Shown in pieces: positions 1 through 10,800 of a DNA stretch of 22,929 nucleotides. Position numbers and translations under genes: made by a program. Location of the stretch: positions 62,001 to 84,929 of the forward strand of contig KZ538305.1 of the NCBI GenBank assembly GCA_000934665.2. Direction: 5' to 3'. The stretch is from Catajapyx aquilonaris (lineage: Eukaryota). The notes below the pieces were generated by a model that saw nothing but the letters and a program-made list of their open reading frames with translations, searched no databases and had not been told where the DNA came from. Every line of letters begins with the position of its first letter. Within the stretch, counting starts at the first letter, position 1.

Positions 1-1439
1 ATTAAATAATGTGAAGCTAGTGCCATGGTAATCCCAGCATAAATTGTAAATTTGTTTCAGGTTTAGGCAAATTGATGTAGTGGTCACGTCCAAACGATAC
101 ACCGTTACGGCAGATTAGCCCTCCAAAGTGTTGACACATCGACCAAAAATAATGCAAAATAACAGGATAGTTTTTGGGATGGTATGTTATCTCCGTTTCA
201 CGCCCGGACCTGGCTGGCGGGGCTTGTTGACGCAACTCTGTGTGTGCAACCAGCAAGGTTCACTTAATTCTCATCTCACGGCGACAAACCGTTTGGGCCG
301 CGGTCCGCTTTATAAAATCCGGGGGAAACTTGCACTCGCTGCAAATCCAATTTGCAGCCAGTCGAGATGCGAGGGTAAGGAACACACTATTTCGCCACGG
401 AGACAACCCCAGCCTGGATGCAGAACAATAGACTTTGCAATTGACTCCAATCCCACAGAAAATAATTGGTTAGACTCACACCTACTGGCACCTTTTCTGA
501 ACAAGCAATCCACGATTTTCATTTAGATGTTGTCGGAAAAGCGGTGCATAAAAACTGCGAGCGAGCCCGGGTTTTCCTGAATCAATTTTATTGAAAGCTT
601 AGCCTAATCCAATAAGTGTAAAGAGAAGTCTGACGGTGAGTGAAACGTTTGCTTCCATAGGAAGTTTTGGGGGCCGAGTGTTGAGGGGTGGTGGGGGGGG
701 GGGGAAGGTTGCGCAGATTTCAATTAACCGACTTGAAGAGGAACATTTTCGGCGTGAAAGAGGGAAGCAAGGTTTTGAGGGCTTGCCTGCTTCTGAATCT
801 CCGGGAACCAATCCTTTATTTACTATCCTGGCTGCTCCCCATCTGATGGAGTTATTTAATGGAGGAAGTTTGGGACGGCGGTGAACACGCGTCCTGCTTC
901 ATTATGTGTCTCCGAATGTTGGCACATCAGGAGACAAAAGGGGCCCAAGCCTTTTGTGTCGATTTCTCCGCAAGGACGACCCCCCGGCTGGCTGGCTCTA
1001 TTGAGGCCTAGATAGGAGAACCTGAACACCTCCGCAAGATCGAAGTTCCAGATGTTAATAGACCCGAGCTAGACAAGCTTGGGCGGATGCGCCACTGTTT
1101 ACGGCCCTTGCTACGTGTTCCAAATGGATCGGCTGAAGTGTTTTTCGAGCCGGAAAAAAAACTGGAGGCCAAAGGATGTGACCTGTGAGGAAACGGAATG
1201 ATTTCCCCCGGAAACACGACCAGATATCGTGCCAAATGAGTCGAGCTTCTCCGATAAAGACTCCGAGCCCCGCTTTGCATTTTTGTGTGTCCCTGATATC
1301 CCGAAGACGGAAAAAAGAGCTTGTCTTTTCTCAAGTGTCTTTTCCGGAGCAATTTGTAAGTTGCAGAGCTTACCAGCCTAATCCCGTCGCACATGTAGCT
1401 TCAGAGGCAACGGCAGAGAAATATTATTCGAGATGCGCA

Positions 1440-1456
1440 CTCTCTCTCTCTCTCTC
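1440..1456. repeat. (CT)8 dinucleotide microsatellite
   Basis: CTCTCTCTCTCTCTCTC read directly. Confidence 0.9.
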
Positions 1457-4400
1457 ATTACCATCAGCAGCCTGGGAAGGGTTAGTATCAGAAGCACACA
1501 GCTATGGGAAAGGGGAACAGGAGCCAGGCCACCAAGTTAAGAGATTGGATGGTTGTTCGTGCAAGGAAGGTAGGCGAAGGAGGACCAAGATAATGTTGTC
1601 ATCACCTGTGGGAATTAAGCTCGCATTCTGCTTCCCAAACTAAACTAGTAAGCCGTAAAGGGAGGGCTTATCGAAGATAGAAACGCTCGTAAGTGTTCAT
1701 AAGGGCTGTTTGACGATGTGCAGCTTCGGGGCAAAACCGGAGCTCCTGTAACAAGATGTTACCCTCTTCTCTCTTTTTTAAAGAAAAAAAAGTGTGTATT
1801 CCAGCAGGGATCTCAAAGTTTGGAGAAATCTTGGCTGGCAAATCTGTCCCGTGTTGACGCCCCCCAATAGTGGCGTGACCTGCACTAATGCAGAATATCC
1901 AAAAAGAGTGTCCCGCAATGCGGAAGAAGCGCCAGCTTGGCAAAGGAAAAGGCGTCCGAAACACTAAACGCTTGGTTGTATTCTGCTGCTCCAAAAATTC
2001 TGTTTCTTTCTCTCAAGGCAATTCTTCACCACCGAGTGTCATTCGGGTTTGGAATCGTTTCCTTCACATCTAGAGGACAAGTCAGCCGCCATCTCCAGCA
2101 CCAGTATTCCTGCGATTGGAGATTTCATTTCACGGGCCCTGTCGAGAATTTCATTTGATACCATTTGTCCCCATCCTAGAGCCTTGAAATATATTTTTTT
2201 TCTCAGACCGAGACATCTGTTGCCATACGTGAAATTTTTTGTTTCAAACTTTTCAGAAAATGTGGGACACGTTGTAATCATTCGCTCTGCATGAACACAT
2301 TCGTGAATCATGTCTCCAGACAGCTCCATTGTGCCCGTGTTTGTGATAGCTGTGCCATTAATTTTGCAAAACTAGTGTACCGCAGCGTAAACATGCTGAT
2401 TATATTTCCACTTTAGCTCTTGTTTGAAACAAGCCGAACCTGAATACCTGCACAGCATGCTGCATTATGTGAGAGACCCTCCCCGGCACGAGTTGTTTTC
2501 AGTTAGGAAAGTTTCGAAAAATGCGATATCTAACCGCAGGTGTGCGAAAAGGTGTAAGTACAACAGAATGATATTCGCAAAGAGGGTTTTAAAATTCCTT
2601 CGAGGTTGGTTTTTTATTGGTTTGTATAGTGCACAGTAGCGTGACAGAGAAGCATCAATAGGCCTGTCAGTGAAGGAATTGTGCGGCCGAGTCGTGTAAG
2701 GAAATCTGTATCGGACTACCGTTGAAGGGATGGATCATCGATCTGGGGTGGACCAATTTATTGAAAAGTGCGAGGGAGGGTATTGGTTTCACTTAGAAAG
2801 GACTGAGTTTTAGAAATCTATTGGTGAATTGATTAGGCTGACTAGGTAATCACCGTGAGTAGTTAGCGATTTCTTCCTGCAGGAAAATTCACTTTCAAAG
2901 GACGTCAGGGGAGTGTATTTACTATGGAGCCCCTAAAATTCAGCTTTAATTGTGTTATTATTAAATCTAACTCCTTAAGTCCCTGAATGTGACGGGCTCT
3001 TGTAAAAGGCGCTTTTGCCTTCTCAGAGCAAACCAGTCAAGCGAATGAGGTTCTTTCCACGTTGAGGGCTTCCAAGTTTGATCCTGTTTATTACTCGGCG
3101 CCATGAGGTCTAATTAGCTGGAAAATTGCTGCGAATACTAATTAGCATGACTTAGGAAGGTAAACCACAAATAATTGGTGAAATATTATATACGATGTGG
3201 GAGGTTACCGGGTTTGAAGCAGGATTGAACCCAGGAGGCGAATGAAGGTACTACCGAGTGTGAGTTGATATTTAAAAAAAAACTTTTTCACGTCCGGTTT
3301 TAAATGCCTGTTCTTGTTAACTAATATATTTAATGTTTTATTTAAGGCCCAGTTTGAACCATGGAGGAATAGAGTCAGATCCGAAATTGCCCTACTTATT
3401 AATTGTTTCGTTGATTTTCTGCCAAATATCGATTTCAAATCCTCTTCATTATGGATATGGAGGTCGACTTTTTTTCGTCTTTAAAGAGAAAATTCCTTTA
3501 TGTAATATTAGCCTATCAGCGGGATGTCCCATTAGTATGAAACACTCTGCGTAATTATTCCAAGTCGGACCCGTTGCAAATAAATAAGTTATTACCTCCG
3601 GCTTTTTTTTGTAATACGCTGTTCAAGGGCCCAGGAGATGGGGGAGGTTGGGGAATAGAAGGCATTACGACCCATGCCAAAGGGCCACACGAATTATGTT
3701 TTCCCCTATCCTCAGAGCAGTCACTCGAAGCAAAACAGGATAATGGAACCTTTATTTAGTTTCCGGAAAGGACATATATAAATGAAACATTGAGCTCCCC
3801 AATATGTAGGACTGCTCCAGACACATGACAAGTAAAATTGAATATTGTGTCGGAGGGACCCAACTTGTTCAACAAGAGTAGTGAACAAAAAATGGTAGGA
3901 AGGGCGGGAGGTGTGCAGTATCTTCCCGCAGGAGGGAAACAAAGTTTGTGAAATATCCTAGGAGAGCCTCTTTGTTAGGAACCTACAAGCCTTGGTGAAC
4001 TTGCCTGCGGTAAATTCCACCTAGGGGTAAACTATGCGGCTTAGACTGCAGCAGGAACATTACCATGTCATTCATGAGATGAGTCAGAACTGCAGGACAT
4101 CAGTGGCTAGATTGGCCCAAAACAATTCTTGGGGGCTTACCTTCCAGGATAAGGTGCAATGCGGGTTGCCGAGTGGGTCTAATGGGCACGCAAACACTCA
4201 TCGCCGTATATGTCATTACCTGCTGGTTTCTCAGCATTTCTCCTCCCTACATTTTTGACTTCTTTTGAACCAATCTATCTGCTGGCCCCAAAATGATCTG
4301 CAGTTCTGACTCACCCTGCATAGAGATGTCCAAGGATTCTCCGAGAAATCCCGGAAGTGCCTTCGTATTTACAGCCTGGCGGTCCTCAATCGGATTCCAT

Positions 4401-5522
4401 CAGGAAAGCTCGTCGCTTTTCGGAGTGAACATTAGCGTAAGCGCATCACGGGCCGTTAGGACAGGGCAGATGTCAAACGGAAGAATTGTCACATCCGTGA
4501 GGTGAATTTGACCTCTCGAGGAAGGAAAAAAAAGAAGAGACGCATTGGCGTGTCGGCAGGGAATTACCGGTGGAGACTTTATGTCGTTGGTCGGTTGGAG
4601 CTGTGGGGGGGACTTTTATGCAGTTTCTTTTGCCAACCCTCACCATCTATCCCGCACGTGCTGCCCTTGCTTAAATCCTTCCTAGAGTCGTGCCATATAG
4701 CTAAACGGCCACCTCGCGCCCTACCCTCCACTTCCCAATGAATAGGAAATTACGACAAGGGGGAGCTGAAACCCACAAATTCTGGGTTCCATCTGACGGT
4801 GCGTTCTGCTATTTCTTTGCAATTCCAGCTCACGGTTCGTGACCTGAACACATAATGCACTGACCCTATCTCCTCAAATCCTTCACCGCCCTTTTTCCGT
4901 ATCCGTACGCGTCGACACACACTTTTATTCTTCATTCGGGGGAAATGCAGGGCTCAGTACCGGTCGACGAATGGGGAAAACGCTTGTCAGCTTCATTATG
5001 CGTCCAATGATGTAGTATCCGGGATTCATTACGATTTAAATTTTCCGGAATTGCGCATCGAAATGAGTTAGTGGAAATGGGGAGGTCCGTACGCATAAAC
5101 TGGCACGTTTTTCTGGTCAGTTTCGTAGCATCAAGGGCGGCAAGTATGCACTGACGAGCTTCAACATAAAAGCCAAATCAGTGCTGGAATAGCAAATATA
5201 TTTTTGCCACCTTCCTAGGCAACAATTGACCCAAACTTCCTCCTGAAACGTCTTACGAAGCAGTTTTGGTGCAGAGTTGTAGGAGGTGAATGAACCGGAT
5301 TTGAAACTCGGCCACTCCCTGTTTTTTGATCCAAGCAACGGGCCACAACCAGACTCGATTCCGACCACGAAATGTAAAGAGTTTATCTTCGATCCTGCAT
5401 TACAATCGACAGGTTGAAAGTCGCCAAAACCCATTGAGGAACAAAAACCGCTCAATTTATTTCTTCTTCAGTGGGCCGAAAGGGCACAACTCTTGCTGTG
5501 CTTCGGAATTTCTGTTTCTAAA

Positions 5523-5554
5523 GGGCTGGGAGAGAGATGGGGGAGGGGGAGGGG
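5523..5554 (+). other. G-quadruplex-forming motif (five G-tracts)
   Basis: GGG-CT-GGG-AGAGAGAT-GGGGG-A-GGGGG-A-GGGG. The motif is seen directly; folding is untested. Confidence 0.5.
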
Positions 5555-6160
5555 AAAGGAAGAATATGTGTTCCTATGCCTTGCAGATGAGCAATCTCAG
5601 GGATAAAAAATTTCATTTCGCGTTCCTGCATCAGTTATTGCCGCAAGTGAGTCAATATCTGAATTTTGGCGAGCATGCGTGAAACAAACTTTTAGGTTGT
5701 GTTTCCATACTATTGTATAGACAGACACTCTCAGGGAGTGAAGTTGCACCTGAATGATTTGATTTTGAAATCGAATTTTGAAGTGCATTGGATGGTTGTG
5801 CTTATAAAAATACACGTGCAGTGTGGGAATGTCACAAAAAATGTTTGCGGATCTGCAACTTCTGAATTTTAGAGCCTGCGGTGTACTGACCACTCGTGGT
5901 TCGGAGGGATTCGTGATGTGGTACTCAGAAGGCAATAAAAAATGACCACAATGAGTCTGGTATAGAACCACAAGCCTCAGTTAATATCCAAGGAAGAATG
6001 AGTGGCATCAAAATTCTCACGAGCTAAATATTTTCATAATTATTTGCATTCAGAAGACTTCACAATAAAGTGAAAGAGGCAGTGAATCGAAAAATTGTGG
6101 CAGTTACCTTGCCGACTATAAATTTGACGCCGAATCGTACGTCACAGTATGAGCGAAAGT

Positions 6161-6162
<2 letters not shown>

Positions 6163-6222
<60 letters not shown>

Positions 6223-6235
6223 TATTATTATTATT
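6163..6235. repeat. Compound microsatellite (AAT)20 followed by (TAT)4
   Basis: Read directly: 20 AAT units at 6163-6222, then TAT x4 at 6223-6234 plus T. This explains the poly-N/poly-Y ORF at 6070-6270. Confidence 0.98.
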
Positions 6236-6724
6236 GTCAATGCAGTTGGAATGCATTCATTTCTATATGATTATGAGTAAAAATATTGTATGGGTTTTGG
6301 TAGGTAATCCAATAGTGATGCGGCAAAATAATTTTGATCGTAATTATGACGTATGTAACTGTAGTGCAAAACTAATCATACGATGGTTACAAATTTTGTA
6401 GTTAATTAGTGTCTACTGTCAAAATTGTAACAATTTCATAATCGAGAAAAGGCAGTCTGTGTGACTAAATTAGTTCATAACTAGATATTATAATTACGTT
6501 TTAAAACTTGTACGTCCCATTTTATACTTTTTGTCCAATTTTGTTAAGGAATAGTCTGTTAATGACATACAATTGTGTTATACTGTGTATAGGTACAAAA
6601 CTGTACAGTGCATGTTGGGTTTGAGGCAGTAGGAATTGTGTTCTGGAGAGAGTGAGTGTCGAAACGTTGAAGGCTGAAAAAATGATGGACACGTTTTGAT
6701 AACATTACATGAGAAGATGATCAT

Positions 6725-6728
6725 AGAG
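6725..6728 (+). repeat. Target-site duplication, left copy (AGAG)
   Basis: TCAT-AGAG-GGGTCATTCC on the left and GGAATGACCC-AGAG-ATAG on the right. Confidence 0.8.
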
Positions 6729-7018
6729 GGGTCATTCCACTTCAATTCAAATTGGTGGTACGACCAACTCCGATTTCTTTGAAATTTTTCATACATGTAT
6801 ACATGGGGGACACATTGCAATATCCGAAGTTTGAGCTCCACATGAGGATATGGCTCTGAGATATGGCCGATTCAAAAATGGCGATTTTTGAGTTGCACAT
6901 TACTGCAATTATTATTTTTTCTCCGGAAGTAACACTCTCCACCAAATCAGTTTATATATTTTCTTGGAGACATTGAACCACAGAATCCAGGGAAATAATT
7001 CACATACATATATCTACA
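6729..7018 (+). repeat. Left terminal inverted repeat of the element (~290 bp)
   Basis: Aligns to the reverse complement of 7578-7874, with a 53-bp perfect block (6858-6910 vs 7688-7740) and further blocks such as ACATGGGGGACACATTGCAA, TTTCTCCGGAAGTAACACTCTCCACC and TTGAACCACAGAATCCAG. Inner boundary is approximate. Confidence 0.92.
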
Positions 7019-7577
7019 ACCTATCGGACAATGATAAATTAGCCAAATCTCAGTCAAATCTGCACTTTCAACATCATTTGTCTTAACTCATTACATCGCT
7101 CCAGTGAGCCGGAACTATACGAAATTTTGTCATCTTGCTGGGTAATGTACATTATAGCTGGGATTAAAATTTGAATGCGACAGTCCAAGGCCTTCATAAG
7201 GAAAAATAAATAAAATCCGGATTTTTCGCGAATTTGCGATTTTTTTGCCCAAAATTTCGGCAGGTGGGACTGTATTGATTTCGTCTTTTTGGACTTAAAA
7301 TGTGAAGGACATCATTCTATTTCAGGTCATATATGATACATTTGGTTTCCGACAATGATAAGTGCTTAGCGAAATCTTTATAGTGAAGCTCCAATTCTGC
7401 ATGTTGTGCTCAACCAGGGGAATCCCCTACTGTCGAATTGCGCGACAAATCTGCAGGAAACTACAGCATATGTGTAGACTGTGGTACATTTTAGCATATT
7501 CATCCATCCTCTCACTTATTTGTATGATAAAACATCGATGTTGATCATTTCCATAATATTCGGATGCTGGCTATTAC

Positions 7578-7874
7578 TGTATATGTAAGTTATATGAATT
7601 ATTTTTCTGGATTCTGTGGTTCAATACCTCCCAAGATAATATATAAATTGATTAGGTGGAGAGTGTTACTTCCGGAGAAAAAAAGAGAATTGCAGTAATG
7701 TGCAACTCAAAAATCGCCATTTTTGAATCGGCCATATCTCGGAGCCATATTGTCCTACGGAGCTCAAACTTCGGATTTTGCAATGTGTCCCCCATGTAGA
7801 CCTGTATAATAAATTTCAAGAAAATCGGAGTTGGTCGAGCCACCACATTTCCTGAATTAAAGGTGGAATGACCC
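7578..7874 (-). repeat. Right terminal inverted repeat of the element (~297 bp)
   Basis: Reverse complement of 6729-7018 with scattered substitutions and small indels. Inner boundary is approximate. Confidence 0.92.
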
Positions 7875-7878
7875 AGAG
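7875..7878 (+). repeat. Target-site duplication, right copy (AGAG)
   Basis: Immediately follows the terminal CCC and is identical to 6725-6728. Confidence 0.8.
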
Positions 7879-10800
7879 ATAGTGTGACCGTAGCGGGAGC
7901 ACGGACCGTTATGAACTGTCATGCCAAGTACTGTACGCCTCTGGTAAATAAGCTTTCCATCGACACGTAGATTTATCGCGAGTGCAGTTGTGACATCAAA
8001 TCTGAGGTGTCCAAGCCCACAAAACAGACGACTTATCGTCGTTCGGTGACTGTCGCGCTTACACTGTATAAGTCTGGCCCGCTCTGGCCGCTTTATCCTG
8101 TAACTATGTGTGTCGGACTAGTTTCAAAATTCTGGCCTGTGTTTGACAAACACACTCGGCTGCGCAACCTGAAGCAGATAGTTTGGTTGTCCCCATAACT
8201 CTGGAAGCCTCCAGACAGAAACCGAGGCGCAACTTAATACCCTTGTCCAAGAAAGCGGTGATGTATGCCCGAATTCATTCCGGACGTCAGCAGCCAGGCA
8301 ACGCAAGCCTCTTTTCCTCGACCCTTATAAATTCGGCGTGAAAACTTTTCCATTATGTGAAGCTGGGGTTTCATCCTTACACACGGAGCTGCGCTTCGAA
8401 ATAATAAGACTCACTCCTCGAATTTTTCCAACCTTCTTATCTTTCGCAAAGAGCCGTGCTCCACTGCTTCAGAAAAAAAAAATTGTCCAAAAGTTCAATC
8501 GGGTCGTTGGACTCATGTTCAGGCCAGTGGATGCTGCACTCAGATTCTGGGAAGCTGGGTCGTGGGGATAATAATATCTAGAAATCACCTGGAGTTTGGT
8601 TTCGGGTAGCAAAGAGAAGGAATTCCTCTCACGCTCAAGTTGCCAACAACAGAGGCGTCTCCTTTTCTTTTTTTTTTTCTTTTTCTGAAAGGAGGTTGCG
8701 ACTGCCCTCTTTAAACCCGGGTTTTTTTTCCGTGGTGTCTCCTATCTTGGCCTGGAGCGGATGTGAGGGGAAAACTGTCGAATTCACTTGCCGTGGGTTG
8801 GGTTTTAAACTCGGGGGCCCTGCCCGGAGGGGGATGTGATCCGTCATATTCAATTCGCATGGACCGCCGTCCGAAGGGTAATCTCGGGGCTCAAGGCGAA
8901 GGATCATCCGTCTTCCATTTCCAAGGAGCCGCTTCCAGGATATTAGTTGTTATGCGGATCTTGGTTCCAGTCCTACCCCCCTACCATATTACCGTGTATA
9001 GCCCCCAGGGTTGCATGGACTGCGATGCATGACCGGATTGTGCAATTTTTTTTTATTCTCTGCAGTCATTCACTGCGATAGTGTAGTCAGCAGTCACCGT
9101 AATTTCCGCCACTGTAAGGTACAGCTATGATGGATGGAGGCATCCTGCGAAGATCTTTTTGTAAGACTGTTCAACCTGTAAACTTCGTTTGTGTGACAAG
9201 AAAATTGAGGCTTATCCACTGTAGATTCGGGCATATGGCACGGCTGAGGAGACGAAACTAAGTTTCAGAGTACAGTATATAAGCACCTTCAAAGATTGTG
9301 AGGGAGGCTGAACACTGCCTCCTCATATGTATGTTGCAAAAGTGTGGCCAAGTCGGATTTTGAAAGGGCTAAGCTTGGGATGGGAAGGGTATATATGAAT
9401 ATTTAACTGCATGCAATTTGCATAAGGCTCTAGCTATCTCACGTCCTCAGCCCACGCTATACTTGGCTGTGGTTTGTTTCCGATATTGGATTTTGCGGAT
9501 TTTGGAAGTGATAGAGCAAACACGCAATTAGATTACGCGAGGATATGTCGGTCACCGAATGTTGATATGCCCTTGATGAAATTTTGTGCGAGAGACACTG
9601 AAATGAAATATGTGTCTGACTCTGCTGTTAAAGGTGTACTGTAACAGATGTGTCTGGCCTTAGTTGCCTGAGTAACAGTAAATTTTCAACAGAAGCGTGT
9701 GATACATGGACTGGGATGTTTCATTGTATATGAATCGATTTCTAGGTACCATTTCCGTAAACTGTTGTCGGGTTCTGTGTGTTTCGCGTGTTTCTGCTAA
9801 TTGCACGGTCTGCTAGCTGCCAACAAAATGATGCACAATTCTGTTGTCGCGTTGAATAATTAACAGTTTGATTTTCATGCTTCCAGCATACAAGTGTGAT
9901 TTTTGCAAAACGCATGGTATCAAATTAATTATCATATGTATTGATGCATTAGTAGCACGTTTAGTTGTGCATCCGCGATCGAGGTCAAAGGTCATCAATT
10001 TTTACCCCCCACTCCACCCCATGTTGTCAGCTTCCCAGGAACAAAGACACTGGAAATGACCCCTTTTTGTGACTGTACACACTTCATACCAGTCTCATCT
10101 GACTGAGGAGTGTATGCCTTTTCTTGAAGACTCCAAAAACTACTCCATTGTTTTGGAAAAGAAAGGAAATGAAGAGCAATCATTATAGTGCACTGCCTGC
10201 AGTTCCTCCGGAATAGAGAGCCTCCCGTCGAAATTTCTCCTAGAAATCCTTTCTGGTAACGCGCTCTATTCAGCTCGCAAGAGGCCCGGAGTTAAGATCC
10301 GGTAATTAGGGATCCGGAGCGAAAGTTTTTTTGTACAAAAAAAGTGAAGGTTGCAGAGTTATGCTCCAGTCTTTTTTGCACCATCGTCTCAGGAAAAGAT
10401 CATTTTTCCTACTCATTCGTCCATTTTTTGGGAAATGTCACATCAAATGTGGCAACTGCTGTGAGTCCAGATCTGAAATTACCGAGATGGGGAGGGAGGA
10501 GGAGGGGGCTAATGAATCCACCCCCGCTAACTGTGGATTTATGTGGCAGTGCAGATTAATCGTCGGTATGCCCACCAATAATGTGGCGGTTGAAACTCAT
10601 TTCCATCCGTTTCGGATGGCGCAGTAATTTGTGATTAACCTGTGCTTTCCGCCAGGTTTGCCCTAGAAGAGATACTAAACCCTAGGTCCTGTCGATTTCA
10701 CTTCCCCAGCACCCCGGGCCAATTGGAGAAAATCGGGTGGAAAAAAGTCCGACTCACTATTTTTTGGACTAATCAACAGTCCTGTGATAGGCGACAATTA

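Larger units (their letters stand above)
6729..7874. mobile_element. Non-autonomous cut-and-paste DNA transposon (MITE/foldback-like, 1146 bp), probably Sola2-like
   Basis: Starts GGGTCATTCCAC (6729-6740) and ends GTGGAATGACCC (7863-7874), a perfect 12-bp reverse complement. Inverted similarity continues for ~290 bp. AGAG flanks both ends (6725-6728 and 7875-7878). No transposase ORF inside. 5'-GRG/CYC-3' ends with a 4-bp TSD and long TIRs match the description of Sola2; the superfamily call is inference and less certain than the element call. Confidence 0.9.

Noticed and set aside
51..66. Other AG|GT juxtapositions (CAG|GTTTAG at 60/61, CAG|GTTTGC near 10655, TAG|GTTCCT near 21278)
   Set aside because: The regenerated donors are far from GTRAGT and I saw no strong downstream donor.
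633..641. Consensus donor ACG|GTGAGT on the + strand
   Set aside because: No convincing upstream acceptor or open exon; isolated donor-like motifs are expected by chance.
5148..5184. Hairpin GCACTGA-CGA-GCTT...AAGC-CAAA-TCAGTGC resembling a hammerhead core
   Set aside because: CAAA replaces the invariant GAAA and there is no stem III or NUH cleavage site. Too short for a pre-miRNA.
5822..6021. Su(H)/CSL-type sites TGTGGGAA (5822-5829, also 1607-1614) and TTCTCACG (6014-6021)
   Set aside because: About three YGTGRGAA matches are expected by chance in 23 kb, and they lack the closely paired SPS arrangement.
6070..6270. ORF with N20-Y4 tract
   Set aside because: It is the translation of the microsatellite.
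6742..7846. ORFs at 6578-6841, 6742-6945, 7362-7544 and 7652-7846 as possible transposase fragments
   Set aside because: They fall mostly in the TIRs or the short spacer, are under 90 aa and show no recognisable catalytic motif.
9244..9268. Hammerhead-like CTGAGGA-GAC-GAAAC-TAA-GTT
   Set aside because: Core boxes are present, but stem II would have a 1-nt loop and stem I does not pair beyond two positions.
9628..9645. TTAA-AGGTGTACTG as a Kolobok-like left end (similar at 17545-17560)
   Set aside because: No matching inverted right end found in the window.
10326..10343. Palindrome T7-GTAC-A7, similar to the lambda/Gateway attB1 core
   Set aside because: Low complexity, flanks do not match attB1, and no vector or phage sequence is nearby.
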